Shown here: positions 23,101-36,200 of the stretch, piece after piece
How positions within the stretch are numbered: position 1 is the first letter of the stretch
How the letters are laid out: each line of letters starts with the position of its first letter
Source of the DNA: Camelus dromedarius
Taxonomy: Eukaryota
Reading direction: 5' to 3'
Length of the DNA stretch: 64,000 nucleotides
Assembly (NCBI RefSeq): GCF_036321535.1
Contig: NC_087436.1
Span: 112,284,001 to 112,348,000 of the forward strand
The notes under the pieces: model-generated
The model's input: the letters and a program-made list of their open reading frames with translations, nothing else
Told to the model about the DNA's origin: nothing
Database searches by the model: none
Program-made: the position numbers and the translations under genes

Positions 23101-23844
23101 TGCCACAGTTCCACATGTTTTTGACAATTACTCAGTCCTTGGAGCCAGGAAACTCATTCACAAGGCCACTCACTCTGGGAAAACGGAGATGGGATCTGTC
23201 CGATGCCTCTATCAACCAAGGGTATTGTGTTATACTGTGTGCTTGTTGGTTAAACCGGTTCTTTCAAATCTGTTCACAGTGCTTGTAAAGAATGACTATG
23301 GCTTAATGCTAACTACAGTTATCCCAAGTAGAGTGATTCCTACGTGTAACAAACTACAAAAAGCAAGATATTTTATGGTGTCCTTAACCTTGGCCTGAAA
23401 GGTCAAGAGGACAGGAGGCAAGAAAGCTTGTCACATTATGCATTGATGCATGATTCTGGAGAATGAAGAGCTGCTTTTCAACCTAGAGTTTCATACTTGG
23501 GCTGACAACGACAATGACCTGGGAAGAAGAGACAGGACTCTTGACTTTCTGCACAGGTACAGCCCCACATGCCAAGCCTGGCCTTAGTCAGAAGGACTGA
23601 AATGCCCCAGGGGAGTGATTCAGATGACCCAGAATTGAGTCCTCCTGCATTCAAATCCAGTGGTGTCCAGGGAACCCAAGTAGCAGGCAACTGAGCTCAA
23701 GGGGCAGGGCTACCCATCTGGAACACTGCCTCTTGGAGAAACAGGCAAGGTTAACCCAAGACCCTGACTTCTTTTGGAGAACTGCTCCTCCCAGCCCTAC
23801 CCCAGTTCCAGTTCATGGCTAATAGACCATCACACTAATGTAAC

Positions 23845-24305
23845 ATTTCGTATATGTCAGACATGGTTCTAAGCAATGAGGATGATAATAGCATGGATGC
23901 TGGAGAACAGATGAGTATTATACACATATACATATATGTACAAGGATACTCATGGAGAGAGAAAGTGTTTAGTGCTGACACATGCATTTTTCACTTCACT
24001 TATTCTATATACATCTCTATCTAGTTCTCATGATATACGTACCATTATTATCCCCATTTTTATCTCCAGTTATCTCCATCACCCCCAATAATAGTAATAC
24101 TGACATCGTGACATTGTGAAAATTAACATTATGCATGCACACACAGTGTTTAGTCCTTACACATATATTAAATATATATATTTATTTATCACAATCTCCG
24201 TATTATTACTAGCATCCCCATTTTCACATAAGTGACAGATTTGGGCACGGGGGTGAGGTAACTTATGCAAGGTTGTTCAGCTAAAAAGTAGCTCCAGGAT
24301 CTGTG
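23845..24305 (-). mobile_element. MIR fragments
   Basis: attattatccccatttt and catccccattttcacataag...gtaacttatgcaaggt. Confidence 0.65.
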
Positions 24306-24399
24306 CTCACCTCCTCATATGCCAGCCCCCCCCCGCCCCGCCCCCGCCATCAGATGCAGAAGGAGGTGCGTAAACTTAGCTCACTGGGCACAGTAACTG

Positions 24400-24822
24400 G
24401 CCAGAGGGGAGGTCTCCAGCCCAAGCTGGCCCAGCAACTGGACCTTAGCCCATGGCCACTGACAGGTCCAGACTGTGTGGATATTACCCAAGTCTGGTCC
24501 AATCGGAGCATCACCTGAGAGTTTTTGTCTCTCTGGAGGTCGGCCAGAGAAGAAGCAAAGCGACGAGCTGTGGGTACAGCGCTGCCAGGCTTGTACAGGC
24601 ATCCACGAGAGGGAATGGTGCCCGAAACCAGGGAGACGAAGAGCAAGAGGAGAGGACGTGGATCTTGGTGGAGTTCAGACCCTTTGGCCTAGTTCCCAAA
24701 GTGCCCACATCTGGCCTTATTTCCCAAGGCCTGGATTTCAGCTCTTCCTTTGACCTGAGAGCAGCTTGAGCACCTTAGGCTGGTTCCAGTGGGTCTCACG
24801 TCCCTTGCGACCAAGGACTGCT
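24400..24822 (+). mobile_element. Old MaLR LTR (MLT1K/L/N-like)
   Basis: acccaagtctggtccaatcggagc...gaatggtgcc...taggctggttccagtgggtctcacgtcccttgcgaccaagga. Confidence 0.6.
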
Positions 24823-25361
24823 CGCACAGATGGCTGCTGACCAGCAGAGAGAGACTTCCACCACCCTCCTGCAGGCCCAGGCCATGACGCTGAGTGCTGA
24901 AACTTATATTAACTTAGCCTAAACGTTTTTGTCTCCTGAGGGACTCTGATTAAGATTCCCAGGAATAATTCACTCAGCAGCTTCAGAACACTTGGATATT
25001 ATCTGAACTCAGTGAATTTCTGGCTTCAGTAGTTACTCTGAGCGATGGCCCTCAGCAGGACCCAGCAGAAGGCGTGGACCGTGGCACCTCATGCATTCCC
25101 TTCGCTGCCCGTCAGTCTGCACTCTCGTCATCCTTTGAATCTTTGTCCACGAGGCCCTTACTTAATTTTAACCACTGATGATGACATTTCTATAATTAAG
25201 AGAACACAAATGATCAGGAATAACAAAGGGCAAGGCTGGTTCTGTAGGTAGAAAAGAAGGTGGTATGAAATAAGTACTGATTTTCTGCATTTGGCCCAAG
25301 TGTGGTTCTTCTCTGAAGTTGTCTTCTTTCTAATTAAACTGTATTTAATGTCATCATAATT

Positions 25362-26480
25362 CAGTCATTCATCACACTTTTTCTGGATGTCTACATTATG
25401 TTAGGCACTGGGCCCAGCACTGGGGGCGTAAAGATGAAAAAGGGCAGCATCACTGTCTCCAAGGAGACTCACCTAACAGTGGGTACACAGCACAGGGCAT
25501 CCTAGATGGCCTGCTCAGCATCCAGCCCCTTCCTCCTTCCTAACAGATCCCTGCTATTGTTCAATTACCTGCCTTGTGCCACCCCTGGGGCCCAGAACAG
25601 GCTGACCTCATTCCTGGCTTGAGGACTTGGTACAAGGCTTCTAAGGAACCCCGTTAGCCTTGCCAGTGAGTAGCCTGAGCCAATCAGCACATGGCCCTCC
25701 CAGTGAGTAAGGCTGATTCAGAAGCAGACACCTGACCCCAGAGAGATCAATGAAATTAAGAAGGAAAGTTTGCTGTCTCCTTCTAGCTATGGGAGGCACT
25801 GAAACCATTACCACCATCCCGTGTCCAACTTAAAGATGAAGCCAGCACCTAGAGGACTACAGGGCCAAAAGAAGCACAGAGAAACTGAGCAGAAGCTTCC
25901 AGATCAGGCCAGCCCAGAAGCCTAGCCAGCCTCTGCCTTCCCAGCAGCAGGGGTCTGTGTTCTATTTCCTCATTATTTAGGTGAATTGGAGTTGGTTTCA
26001 TGCTAATGGATGGAGACAGATGAACAGAAACTCAGAAGGCAGTGTAAATATATACAGAGAGTAGTCCAGGAAACCTGAGGAGGGGTCCCCGCATGTCCCG
26101 GGGGGCAGGGGCTGCATGGACAGGGCAGAGAATGTTCTCTGAGGATGAGACACCCACACGCAGCCTTAAAGGATAAAGAGGAGACAAACTAATGAGGGTA
26201 GGGGCCAGGGAAGGAGAGCATTTCAGACAGAAGGAAGAGTCAGACAGAAACACAGAAGGAAAACAGCATGAAGTTCAGCATTCCTAGATCATCGATCATA
26301 AGGCACAGAGAAGAAGGTGCGGCTGGAGCCAGAGAACGGAAGACCTGGATACCGTGGGAAGGAGCTTGGACTTGGCCTGTGGGTGATGGAGGACCACTGC
26401 TGCAAGTGAGGCCAGCCTGGCGTTGTCAGATTTGCCTCATAGGCAGGTCCCTCTGGTGCCCACGTAGAGGATGGACTAGC
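25362..26480 (-). mobile_element. L2 fragments split by MLT1K
   Basis: tcagtcattcatc...atgttaggcactggg. L2 text resumes after about 26010. Confidence 0.7.
25503..26005 (+). mobile_element. MLT1K-like MaLR LTR
   Basis: ccttcctaacaga...gagccaatcagcacatggc...gatgaagccagcac...gaattggagttggtttc. Confidence 0.75.
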
Positions 26481-26620
26481 AAGTCTGTTGCAACTACTAA
26501 ATTCTATCTTTGCAGTCCAAAGCAGCCAGAGGTGATAGGTAACTTAATGGGCATGGTTGTGTTCCAATAAAACTTAATTTATAAAAACAGACTATGACCT
26601 GATTTGCAGATTCTCAGCAC
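26480..26620. mobile_element. MER58A fragment
   Basis: gtctgttgcaactact...ggttgtgttccaataaaacttaatttataaaaacag. Confidence 0.75.
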
Positions 26621-26629
26621 TTTGTAATC

Positions 26630-27232
26630 TCATCAAAAGCACAAATCAAAAGATCAGCCCCCTGCTCATAAGCTTTCTGTGATCTTGTGATCTCCCATCA
26701 TGCTTAGAACAGAACTCAGCCTTCCCGAAGCTTCCCAGGCTCCGGGCAGCCCCACCTCCCTTGCTGACTTCGCCTCCTGCCACTTCTGCCCTTGCTAATT
26801 TCACTCGGGCCGCACTGGACTTCTGCTGCTTCTTGGACACTCCTAGGTTGTTCCCACGTGAGGACCCCAGCACCAGCTGTTCCCCCTGCATGGAATGTTC
26901 CTCCCCTAGAACTCTGCATGCCTTGCTCCTTCGTATGATCCACGTCTCTGCTCAAACATCACTTCCCAGAGACATTTTTTCCAACCACTCTGTTTAAAAT
27001 CACTCCCACTCTTCCCCCCAACCCTGATTAATTCTTTGCTTCATAGCACTTATGACTGCCTGACATATTATGTATTTGTTTGTTCACTGATTTCTTATCT
27101 GTTTCTCTCATTGGAAGGTAGCTCCATTAGAGCAAGTAATTTTTGTCCTGCTCACTGATACAGCCCCAGCATGTAGACTGTTGCCTGGCATATCATAGAC
27201 AAAGAGTATTTATCCAACAGCTAAATGAATAC
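26630..27232 (+). mobile_element. L2a 3' end
   Basis: cactggacttctgctgcttcttggacac...ggaatgttcctcccc...gcctggcatatc...taaatgaat. Confidence 0.9.
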
Positions 27233-27687
27233 ATTTCCACCCTGTATCAACAGAACAACCCTTATTATGGGGACTTTATCAGGAGAGACCAAAAGCCTAC
27301 GTTTGAAATTGTGACCCTCATTTTCTGTACAGAGATCTCCATGTTTCCCATTTAGTGAGCTCAGCTCCCTTCATGGGCTCTTAGCATCCTACGATACCTC
27401 CCATTCATGCATCCTCGAAAAATCTGGGATGCTCTTATATCAGGTTGTATCTTTTACAATATCCAGCAAAACCAAGCATCCTATATCACCAAATGAGCCT
27501 ATAATTATTTGAAAGTCCAAGGGAATTCAGGATGTTGTGTGGGAGGGGCCCAACCCAGAGGGACAGAGCAATGGGATGCCGGTCAAGGTGGGAGAGAGTC
27601 CAGTGGAGGTGAGCCTAATGAGGATGAAGAATCTCAGCAGCATCACTAACTGTTCAGGATGAAGGGAACCTATTCCTGAGATCATCT

Positions 27688-27850
27688 AGCCTTCGTGCTG
27701 CTTTAGCTGTGGCTCTGGACCAGCTGCATCCCATTACCGGGAAGCTTGTTAGCAACCCCCAGTCTTAGGTTGTAGGTTCCAGACCTCCTGAATCAGACAC
27801 TGTCAGCAAATCCCCAGGCGATTCACAGGCACCTTCTAAAGTGACACTGT
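27688..27850. mobile_element. MER5A
   Basis: ctggaccagctgcatc...gaagcttgttag...agacctcctgaatcagacac...ccccaggcgattc. Confidence 0.75.
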
Positions 27851-29149
27851 AGCCCACTCACCTGGCAGCTCAACTTCCGAGGTCTTTTGTTTTGTCTACA
27901 AAGCTTCACCTTGCTTAGAATTATTATAAAATGTCATTTGTTTCCCACGTTTAAAAATAAAAGGAAATGTCACCGAGAAATCAGATCCTTAACTATTTTT
28001 TTGAACAATCTGAAATCCGGCAGCCCTGGTGTGTGCTTTCTGCACAGCACAAACGGGGAGGTGAGCGGCGGCTCTCCATTACCTGGGCCAGGTGAGCTCC
28101 AGCTTGCCAAGCCTTCAGCCCACACCCAGCCAGCTGCGATCGTCACAATACTTGTCCAGATGCCACAGGTATTTCTGCTTCTAATCTCTCACCTGGTCCA
28201 ATGATCTTATTTTACAGAGAAGGAAAACAGGCTCAGGAGGGTTAAGTATCTTGGCTACTGATTCACAGCCAGAACGATGCTCATCCACTTCACAGCATCC
28301 TGCCTGAGAAATGGGTAACACTGTTGTTACCTTGAAGATGAGAGAACTGAAGGCCATTCAAGAAACTCACTGGTTCTCTTAAAATACACAAAAAAATCAA
28401 TAACAAAAATATCCGATTCTCCAAGGCTGGCAGGAGAGAGGGAACCTCCCAGTGGAAGAGGGAGGCTGAAGGCAGCCCTGCACACGGCACCTCCAAGCGA
28501 GGGCTAATCCTCACCTCGGAGGTTCGCTCAGGACCAGTTCACCTCTCCTCAAGGGTAGGGAAACCTTGGGAACCAGAGAAACCTACCCCAAAAGGGAAGA
28601 TTGGGGTGCAACACTACGTGAACGTGTGGACGTGGGACAACCAGGGATTGGCTCAAGCTCATATGCGTGCCGGCGGTGAAAGCCAAAGGCGGATCTGAAT
28701 TCCGAGTCCAGATTAGGATGCTGTACCCTAAAACCTCAGCGACTTTTATACTTCTGGATTTATCAAGCTCCCAATGCTCCAGTTTCTCACTGTCAAAATT
28801 AATGACAATAGTAATAAAAATAAGTCATTTAACAGTAATAGAAGGAAACCCTTCAGAGTGATCAGACAAGTTACTCTGATGGGCATAGGAACTTAGAGTT
28901 TACGCTGAACCTTCACATACATGAGCTCCTCTGAGCGTCAGAGTAAGCACGATCACTCTCCGGTTTCACAGATGAGACAATAACCTGTCCAGGCTCACAG
29001 AGTCAACATGTGCTCAAACTGATCTTCAAACACACGCAACGGACTCTTTAAAAAAACATGTGAAAACAAGGGAACTGAAAAGGAGACCACCGTGCCACGC
29101 AGACAGCCTGATGAGAACCACCAGACCATGCGCTGTGGCCGTACGGGAG

Positions 29150-29400
29150 AGAGTACAGAGCAGCGATTAAGAGCACGCGCAGAGTGAAAAGACCGGAGTT
29201 CAAGCCCCAGCTCTGCCGTTAACCAGGAGAGTAAACTTTCAGACGTGACTGAGCCTCTCTCGGCTTAGGTTCTTCATAGATTAACTCAGGTTAATAACAG
29301 CCCTTGCCTTGCTGTGAGAGTCAAACAAAATAATGTGTGTGGAAACACTTAGCCTGCTGCCTCGCGCCTAGAGTAAATATTCAATAAATGAGAGCAATTA
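29150..29400 (+). mobile_element. MIR, near full length
   Basis: attaagagcacg...gagttcaagccccagctctgcc...attcaataaatg. Confidence 0.85.
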
Positions 29401-29624
29401 TTATACAGCAGCCCGGAAAGAAAAATATCTCAAGACAGCACCTAGAAAGACCTCAGAGGTTTGTAAACCAAAAATTTAGGTATGGAGAAGAAATGGAGAG
29501 AGAGAAATCTTATTCCTCTAATCTAGCAAAAAGAGACTCCAGGGGAAGCAGAAATTGTGATGTATAAACAGCTTCGAGATTACAATATAAATTAATCAAG
29601 GGAATTATTCTTCCTTTCAGAGGA

Positions 29625-29780
29625 TTTAGACTAAGGAGCAATGGCCTGAAGCTACAGAAGGGAAATTTGGGTTAGATACAGCAAGACAGGAATGTTCTCA
29701 GCAGGGAAAGTAATTAAGAAATAAAACAGGCTCCCTGGAGTTGGGATGGAGGAAACTTCCCTGGCAGTAATCAAGGAGAA
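29625..29780 (+). mobile_element. CR1/L3 LINE 3' fragment
   Basis: aatggcctgaagctacagaagggaaatttgggttagata...caggctccct...cttccctgg. Confidence 0.65.
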
Positions 29781-30298
29781 ATGAGGGGAAGAGGACAAAG
29801 CAAACAAGAATTGAAAAATGTCCATCCACTGGGGGCAGGAGGGGACATTGCTACACCTTTTAAGGTATCCATCAAGTAGTCAGTCAGCAATCATTTATAA
29901 TGGCCTACGTCTTGGTGCCCCCTGAGATCTTAAGAGAGATGCAAAAAGAAGACAAAGGATGCTAACCTCAGGAAGCTTGCCGTCTCCTAAAGAAGAGTTC
30001 CCAGACACGGGACGAGAGGCTGGGGACAGGAGAGACTAGCACCATCTAACCTGGGGGGCTTCTACCCACTTGAATAGCACTCAGCTGGTTTCTTTGCTTT
30101 TTATTTCTCTCTCGACAAAAATGTTGACAGCTTTACGCTGTCACGGAGCAAAACGCATGAGTTAGGTATAACAAATGATATTCTTGACATTATGGAGACA
30201 GTTAAAAAGTTCTTTTCTCCTGTGGGTCATGATGGTGTTACATCATGAGACGTTGCAAGGGGACACGATTTGGGTGGGGGCAGGGTGGCGAGGCAGCA

Positions 30299-30792
30299 TG
30301 AGGAAAGGGAGCAGAAGATGCCCCCCAAAATGTGTCACTTTGGAATATTGATTATTTTGAATTAAAGTGACCTGAGAAACAGCCAGTACAAGAAGGACAC
30401 GCTGACCCTCCTTTGTCCCTCTGAAAGCAGGAGATAAATCTCCCCTGTGAAAGGTACTCTCCTGCACCAGGAGGGCAGAAGGCATCCTTATCAGCAGAAA
30501 TAGGGAATTTAGGTCCGAGGAGGCTGAACAAACAAATCTTGTTATTTCTTCACTAATTTATTACCTCAAGGCCAAAACCCTTTGTCTGGTCAATTCTCTA
30601 TGAATTTACTGTTTTTTTGTCTAAAAGGTAGAGTGCTTTGGTCACTTTTTTGAGTCACATAGTTTTATATGGCTCCTGTAAGAATGAAATTAAATTTGTT
30701 TTTCTCCTGTTAATCTGTCTTATGTCAATTTTATTATCAGGCCAGCCAAAGAACGTAGGAGGGAAGGAGGGGAAATTGTTCTGTCTACGATA
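30299..30792 (+). mobile_element. ERV1 solo LTR, MER34-like
   Basis: ccccaaaatgtgtcactttgg.atattgattattttga...tttctcctgttaatctgtcttatgtcaatt. Confidence 0.85.
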
Positions 30793-30989
30793 CTGAGCCT
30801 CTTAACGTACGTGAGAAAAGTAGGAGAAGTCCCAGGACAACGCCGAGACTGATCCCTAATTCTATGGTGAAGAAATTCGGCTGAGAGGAAAATCACGTAG
30901 GCTGACATGGGCAAAGAGATTGCCTTAGGAAGAGGATGAAACTGAAGTTAGACTTAGCCTGATTTGTAATGCACTTAAGACAGTAGACA

Positions 30990-31430
30990 GCCATCATCTG
31001 CTATCGCCTCAGTACTGCTTCATAACAAAAATCCACCACAAAACTCACTGGCTTAAAATGACAGACTAGCATTGAAGCTCACAGGTCTGTGGGACAGCTG
31101 GATGGCTTTGTTGACTGGGAACAGGCTCAGCAGATCTTCCCCGGACTTGCTCATGGCCTGTCGTTAGCTGCTGTGTAAGCCGGGGCCTGGATGGTCAAGG
31201 ATGCTTCGTACAGTCTCATCTCCCACAGGCTTCTCAGCTTGTTCTCGTGACCAGGACAGAGGCAGCGAGCCTGGGCTGAGAACTCAGACCTCCTCCTGAC
31301 CACCCCGACATACTGTTGCTGAAGAAGGAAGACTTGATGAAGTTCACTCCTGGTTTTCTTGGTCTGACTCAATGCAGGTAATGAAGGGAGGAGGATGATT
31401 TTGATTGACATGATAAAGACCTGAAGGGGA
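30990..31430 (-). mobile_element. MaLR LTR (MLT1G/H/I-like)
   Basis: cataacaaaatccaccacaaaactcactggcttaaaatgaca...gctcacaggtctgtggg. Confidence 0.75.
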
Positions 31431-32514
31431 GGAGACAAAAAAGTGAGAATCTGCCGGGCCTCCATTTAGAAAGACTTTTATGAGCAACGCAGAGGGAAGC
31501 AGAGGTTGGAGTGGACTATGCCAGCAAAATCTATACGGCAAAGATGGAAACTCTAGATTTCAAAACGTTTTCCTGAGAATGGGATTGTGATTCTTTGGAA
31601 TTCTTGCGGAGGTTTTGGTAGAGGTTTCATTGTTTTGCACTTATTCTGGGTGTGGGACTGGCACTGCTTTGAGTGCAAATCTGTGCCGCCTGGCAGTGGC
31701 TTGATGGGGAGACAGGACCGCGGGGCCCACCGGGAGCAGGCATGCCATCTGGCTTATGCTACAGCCCAATAAACGTCTCACATGCACCTTGGTTCAAGAC
31801 CGACTGTGTGGCACTTAACCGAGGGGATAAATCACTCCCAACTCTAAATGAAGGCTGAAAATGAAATGGCCTTTTCTAGAAAGAGATGGCCAATTCACCC
31901 GACCGCACATAAATTTTGCCTTCATTTGGAATTGGAAGAAATCTTGCAGATCCTTCTTCCTGATTAAGAATATCATAAATCCCAGGAATCCGAGGGTTAA
32001 CCCAACTGTCTTTGGCCTCTGAAGTCTGATGCATTCCAGGACAGCGCCCACCCCACTCCTAAGAGTCCCTTAATGTTTTGTTCCACGATCTCAGAAAATT
32101 TTTGCAGAAAATCACACCTGGCTAACTCAAAAATATGTCAAAATTATTTCTGAAAACAGGTCTTTATTTTGAAACTCTGTTTTCCATGTCTTCGTTGTCT
32201 GTAAGCAGGTGTTTATAAAGACTCAAAGCATCACACATTTGTTATCTAATCATGTGAGAAAATGCAGTTCCAGGAGTCTGCTGGCCATGTTAATGTCTGA
32301 AGAAAAAGGCTGTGAGTTAGCAGCTGTCTTTACCCTAGCACTTGTCCCTTGACAATCTCTATGCGTGGTGGGAAAGAGACACACCAAGGACACAGGATTT
32401 CCTTTTAACTCGCCAGCCAGCATCATACAAAAAGCAGAGCCTGATACCTGAGGTCAGAGTCTGAGATCAGAAAGCTGGACTGGTCCTTAAGTTTCAGACG
32501 CTGGGGGCTGTCCT

Positions 32515-33230
32515 TACCCATCAGATCATGCCACACCCCTTAAAATCCTCCAGTGGTTGCCTGTGTCCTTAGGGAAAATTACTGCTTCTACAGACCAAAA
32601 AGGCTGCCCAAACTCAGGTCTCAATTCACTTCCCCAGAGTCACCCCCATACAGCCACACGCCACCTGCCCCCTCACTTACATACGGAATCTGAAAACCAT
32701 CAGTAAGGTCTAGCGAAGAAAAATGATCCCAGAAGTTACTCGTGGTTCCATGCATTCTGCAAAACCTCCTTCTCATCTCCCAGAAGGGTTGCTTTCACCT
32801 TTCTATTATCAGGCATCAGGTAAACACACTCCAGGAGGAATCTTCACTGCTTTTCTTGTCCAGCTGCTAACACCTGGGCCATCTGTGTTTCCACCTTTGG
32901 AAATTCATATTTCACCTGCACATTCCATCACCACTCCATCTGACTTGGATTGAATTAATGTATTCTACACTTTATCACAAAAGTCTTTGCAACAGATCCT
33001 TCCCATGAACGAGCTGCTCTTAAACTTTGGGGAATCTAATCAAAGCTACACATCCTCTCTCAAGATAAATGGACATAAGCATACCCTTGCTTTTTGCCTA
33101 CAGTATCCGGGGGTCCACACGTATCTAACACCCAGGTGAGGAACCAGTGTACTGATTTTGTTTTTCAATCTGCCTCTTCATTACTTTGCACAATGCTTGA
33201 TACAAAAATAAATGAATGGGTGAATCCATC
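32515..33230 (+). mobile_element. L2 fragments with a MER117-like MITE at about 33010-33150
   Basis: tcagatcatgccacaccccttaaaatcctccagtgg, and ctttggggaatctaatcaaagct...acccaggtgaggaacca. Confidence 0.6.
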
Positions 33231-36200
33231 TATCAATGTTTTAGGACAACGCCTAGTTCTTACAGTTTGCTCTCTGCTTGGAGCAGAATGAGGTTCACAT
33301 TTTGCTGAAATGTACATCGCCATCTCAATGGTTAATCAAGAACAAGGCAGAGAGGATTCCAGAAGTATTCACAGTCAAGTCCCCTACGCCTGTGGTGAGA
33401 GCCAGGGAGTCTGAGCATTTGGAAGAGGCTTTCTCTTTACAGTAACTCAGCAATCCTTGTCTCAGGCTGGATCACCGCCTAAGCCTGTGTCAAGGATGGG
33501 AGCTTAGTTGCTGGTCATGTGATTGCATGCCATCTGCCCTCTTATGCAGTCCCACAGATTTCCACTGAGTATGCAGTGTAGGGGAAAACACAAGGACTGC
33601 CAGAAGGAAGACAAAACTGTCAATCACTTTCCAATTCTTTCTTGATATAGGGAGCCGCGGGGAAAGGCTCTGAGCCTTTTTGTAAATAAGTCAGTCAACA
33701 GCTCCAACGGGACAGGCTGGATCCAGGAATGTTGTCCCTGTGTGGCCAGGCTACTGATAGTTTAATTTAATGGTATCTTTTCTCTTCTTCTCCTTACATC
33801 TCCCTGTTCCCCAAGGAACAGAGAAGGTTTTGTGGATTCAATTTCATTCATCTCCAGAAAATCCTGGGGGACAGACTGGGGGCAAGATGCTGAATCCTCC
33901 TGGGCCCGGGGAGTCCGTGTTCAGGGAGAGGGGGAGGTTTGCCAAGGTCACAGGATGCTCAGCTTCAAGTGCCAAGAACTGGGCTATCACCCCAAACCAG
34001 TACTGTCTGAACTGCCTGGCAGGCGGTGGAGGGGTCTGAAGGGGCTCGAGGACAAAGGGACACCCAGTGGGTGCTTGGTGGAAGGAGTCTTAATCACTCC
34101 TGTTCTAACCAGCTACCCCATACACAGGGGTCCCCAAATAACCTACAGTCTAATAAAATCCCACACCTAAGCTACATCTAACAAACCTGCACAACCTATG
34201 TCTAATGAAGGTTTATAATAATAATCTAACCTGTAATATTTTATGTATTAAATATAATTTTGTTTATATAATATAATATAACCTATAACAGCTCATCAGA
34301 ATAATAAGCTAATCTAATAAATAATCTAAATATCTAATAAAACTTTGCTGTTTAATTGTAGATTAAGATGAGGTCTCCCCCCTTTACAATCAGATGAATG
34401 GTCCTAATCTCCTTTTATCTAGACATGCTGAAGCCACCACTACCAAGGACAAGGAGAGGCTGAAAAGGAGGGACTCAGAGGACCCCCCTCCCTGAGCTGT
34501 TTCTGTATTAGGCATCTCTATGCTACTTCATCTGAAGAAAGCATTCAAGTACCGCCTTAAAAAAAAAAAAAAGATATAAAACCACTGCTCTTTCCTGTCA
34601 AAAGATCAGATTTGGCTACTAAAAGAACTTGGTCAGAATGATCAAATTCTGAAACCACAGCACTCTTGAGGGGGGAGTTCTCACGGACTCAGAAATTGGC
34701 CAGCAGGGAGGGTTGGGCAGCCCTTGTTTAGTTTAAGCCCCTGTTTGGGCGTCACCAGTGCTTTTAAACTTTGCTGATTCCAGTGCAAAGCCTCCCTACT
34801 TAAAGTGCAGTCTATCCTGAGATCTTGATTTTTTTCTCTCATGTTGAATCTCACAGCATAACTGACCCTAGGGGAGTTTAACGTCGCTATGTCTCAGATT
34901 CCTCACTTGCAAAAAAGAGACGATAATAACTGAATAAATGCCCCAGGGGTGGGAAGGCCCTATAGCACCACTTTGCATGAAGGAGGCTTACACTGTTAAA
35001 ACTTCCTTAGAAAGTGAAGTTGATTCTGTTCCATCGTCTGATTCTCTGACTTAGCAGGGAACTGTGATCTCAGTACGCTCCTGATGTTTATAGAAGGAAT
35101 GAATATGCTTGAAGATTACATATAAATGATTTAAACACCTTACAATGTTTTGAAATGTCTTATGATTCGGTTGTAGACCATCAATAATGAAGAACTGATT
35201 ATACAATCAGAAGGCAAAATGTCACTAGAATGACAGAAGGTGCCAATTAAGTAAAATAATTTATCATGGAAACGCATTGAAAGATTCTAGAACCGTGTGT
35301 AACGGGACCACTCTATGCTTTAGAGCTACATTTTTACTGGTAAATGTATGTCAATAAAATGACATAAATTCATTCTCATTAGTAGTAATGAGTTCTTCCA
35401 GCTCAACTAATAATACAAAACATCTGTCGGGTGACCTTCCAACATGCTTTTTTCAGTGAAGCCACAGAACTTGTTGATTTGTGCTTCCTCAAGTGCACCA
35501 GGCGGTCAAGGTCGGCTGGCTGCTCAGTGCACAGTGGCCATGAGACCCAGTTTTCACTTGCTATTGTGGATTGAGCCCCATCGCCGGAGCTGTGTCTCCC
35601 AAGCTGCATTCTAGACAAGTCTAGTCCTTTGGGATGTTAGAAGAAATCAAGGAAGGAAGGAGGGAGTGGGGGAGGGAAGCAAGGAATGATGAATTCTCAT
35701 GATCCTTTATGTTTGGCAAACACAGGATTAAATCTTTATTGCACAACTTCTCAGAGCCTTTAAAAAATCACTCTGCATTGTAACTTTCCAAGTGGAAGAC
35801 TGGATAGTCAGTGTTTAGTACTCTATCTGCATGACCTATTGGAAAGAATGATGTTCATGAAAATCGCTCAGGAGAAGACTGGATAAAGGCCTCCAGCCCC
35901 GCTCCCTTCTCACTGAGTACAACTCCTGTCAACGTTCTTTGCTCTAGTCCCATCAAAGCCTTCAGCTGTCCTCACAGTAAATATTTAAGGCATCGGGAGA
36001 CGAAGTCTACACTGTGGCATTTATTGCCCATCCCAGTTCCTCAAAGACCTTCAAACCAGCATGGAAGGTCCCTTCAGGACACCACGGTGAGCTGGTACCA
36101 GCTTCATTTCCCAGGTGGAGCTCCCAATGACCCGGAGGGAGACTGTAAACGAGCCCCATCTTTAGGCAGAGCCAAGGTTAAACCAGCTGTCTCACTCAGA

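Noticed and set aside
24350..24769. Cluster of overlapping ORFs with CpGs that looked like a coding exon
   Set aside because: Better explained as an old MLT1 LTR. Open frames on both strands reflect base composition.
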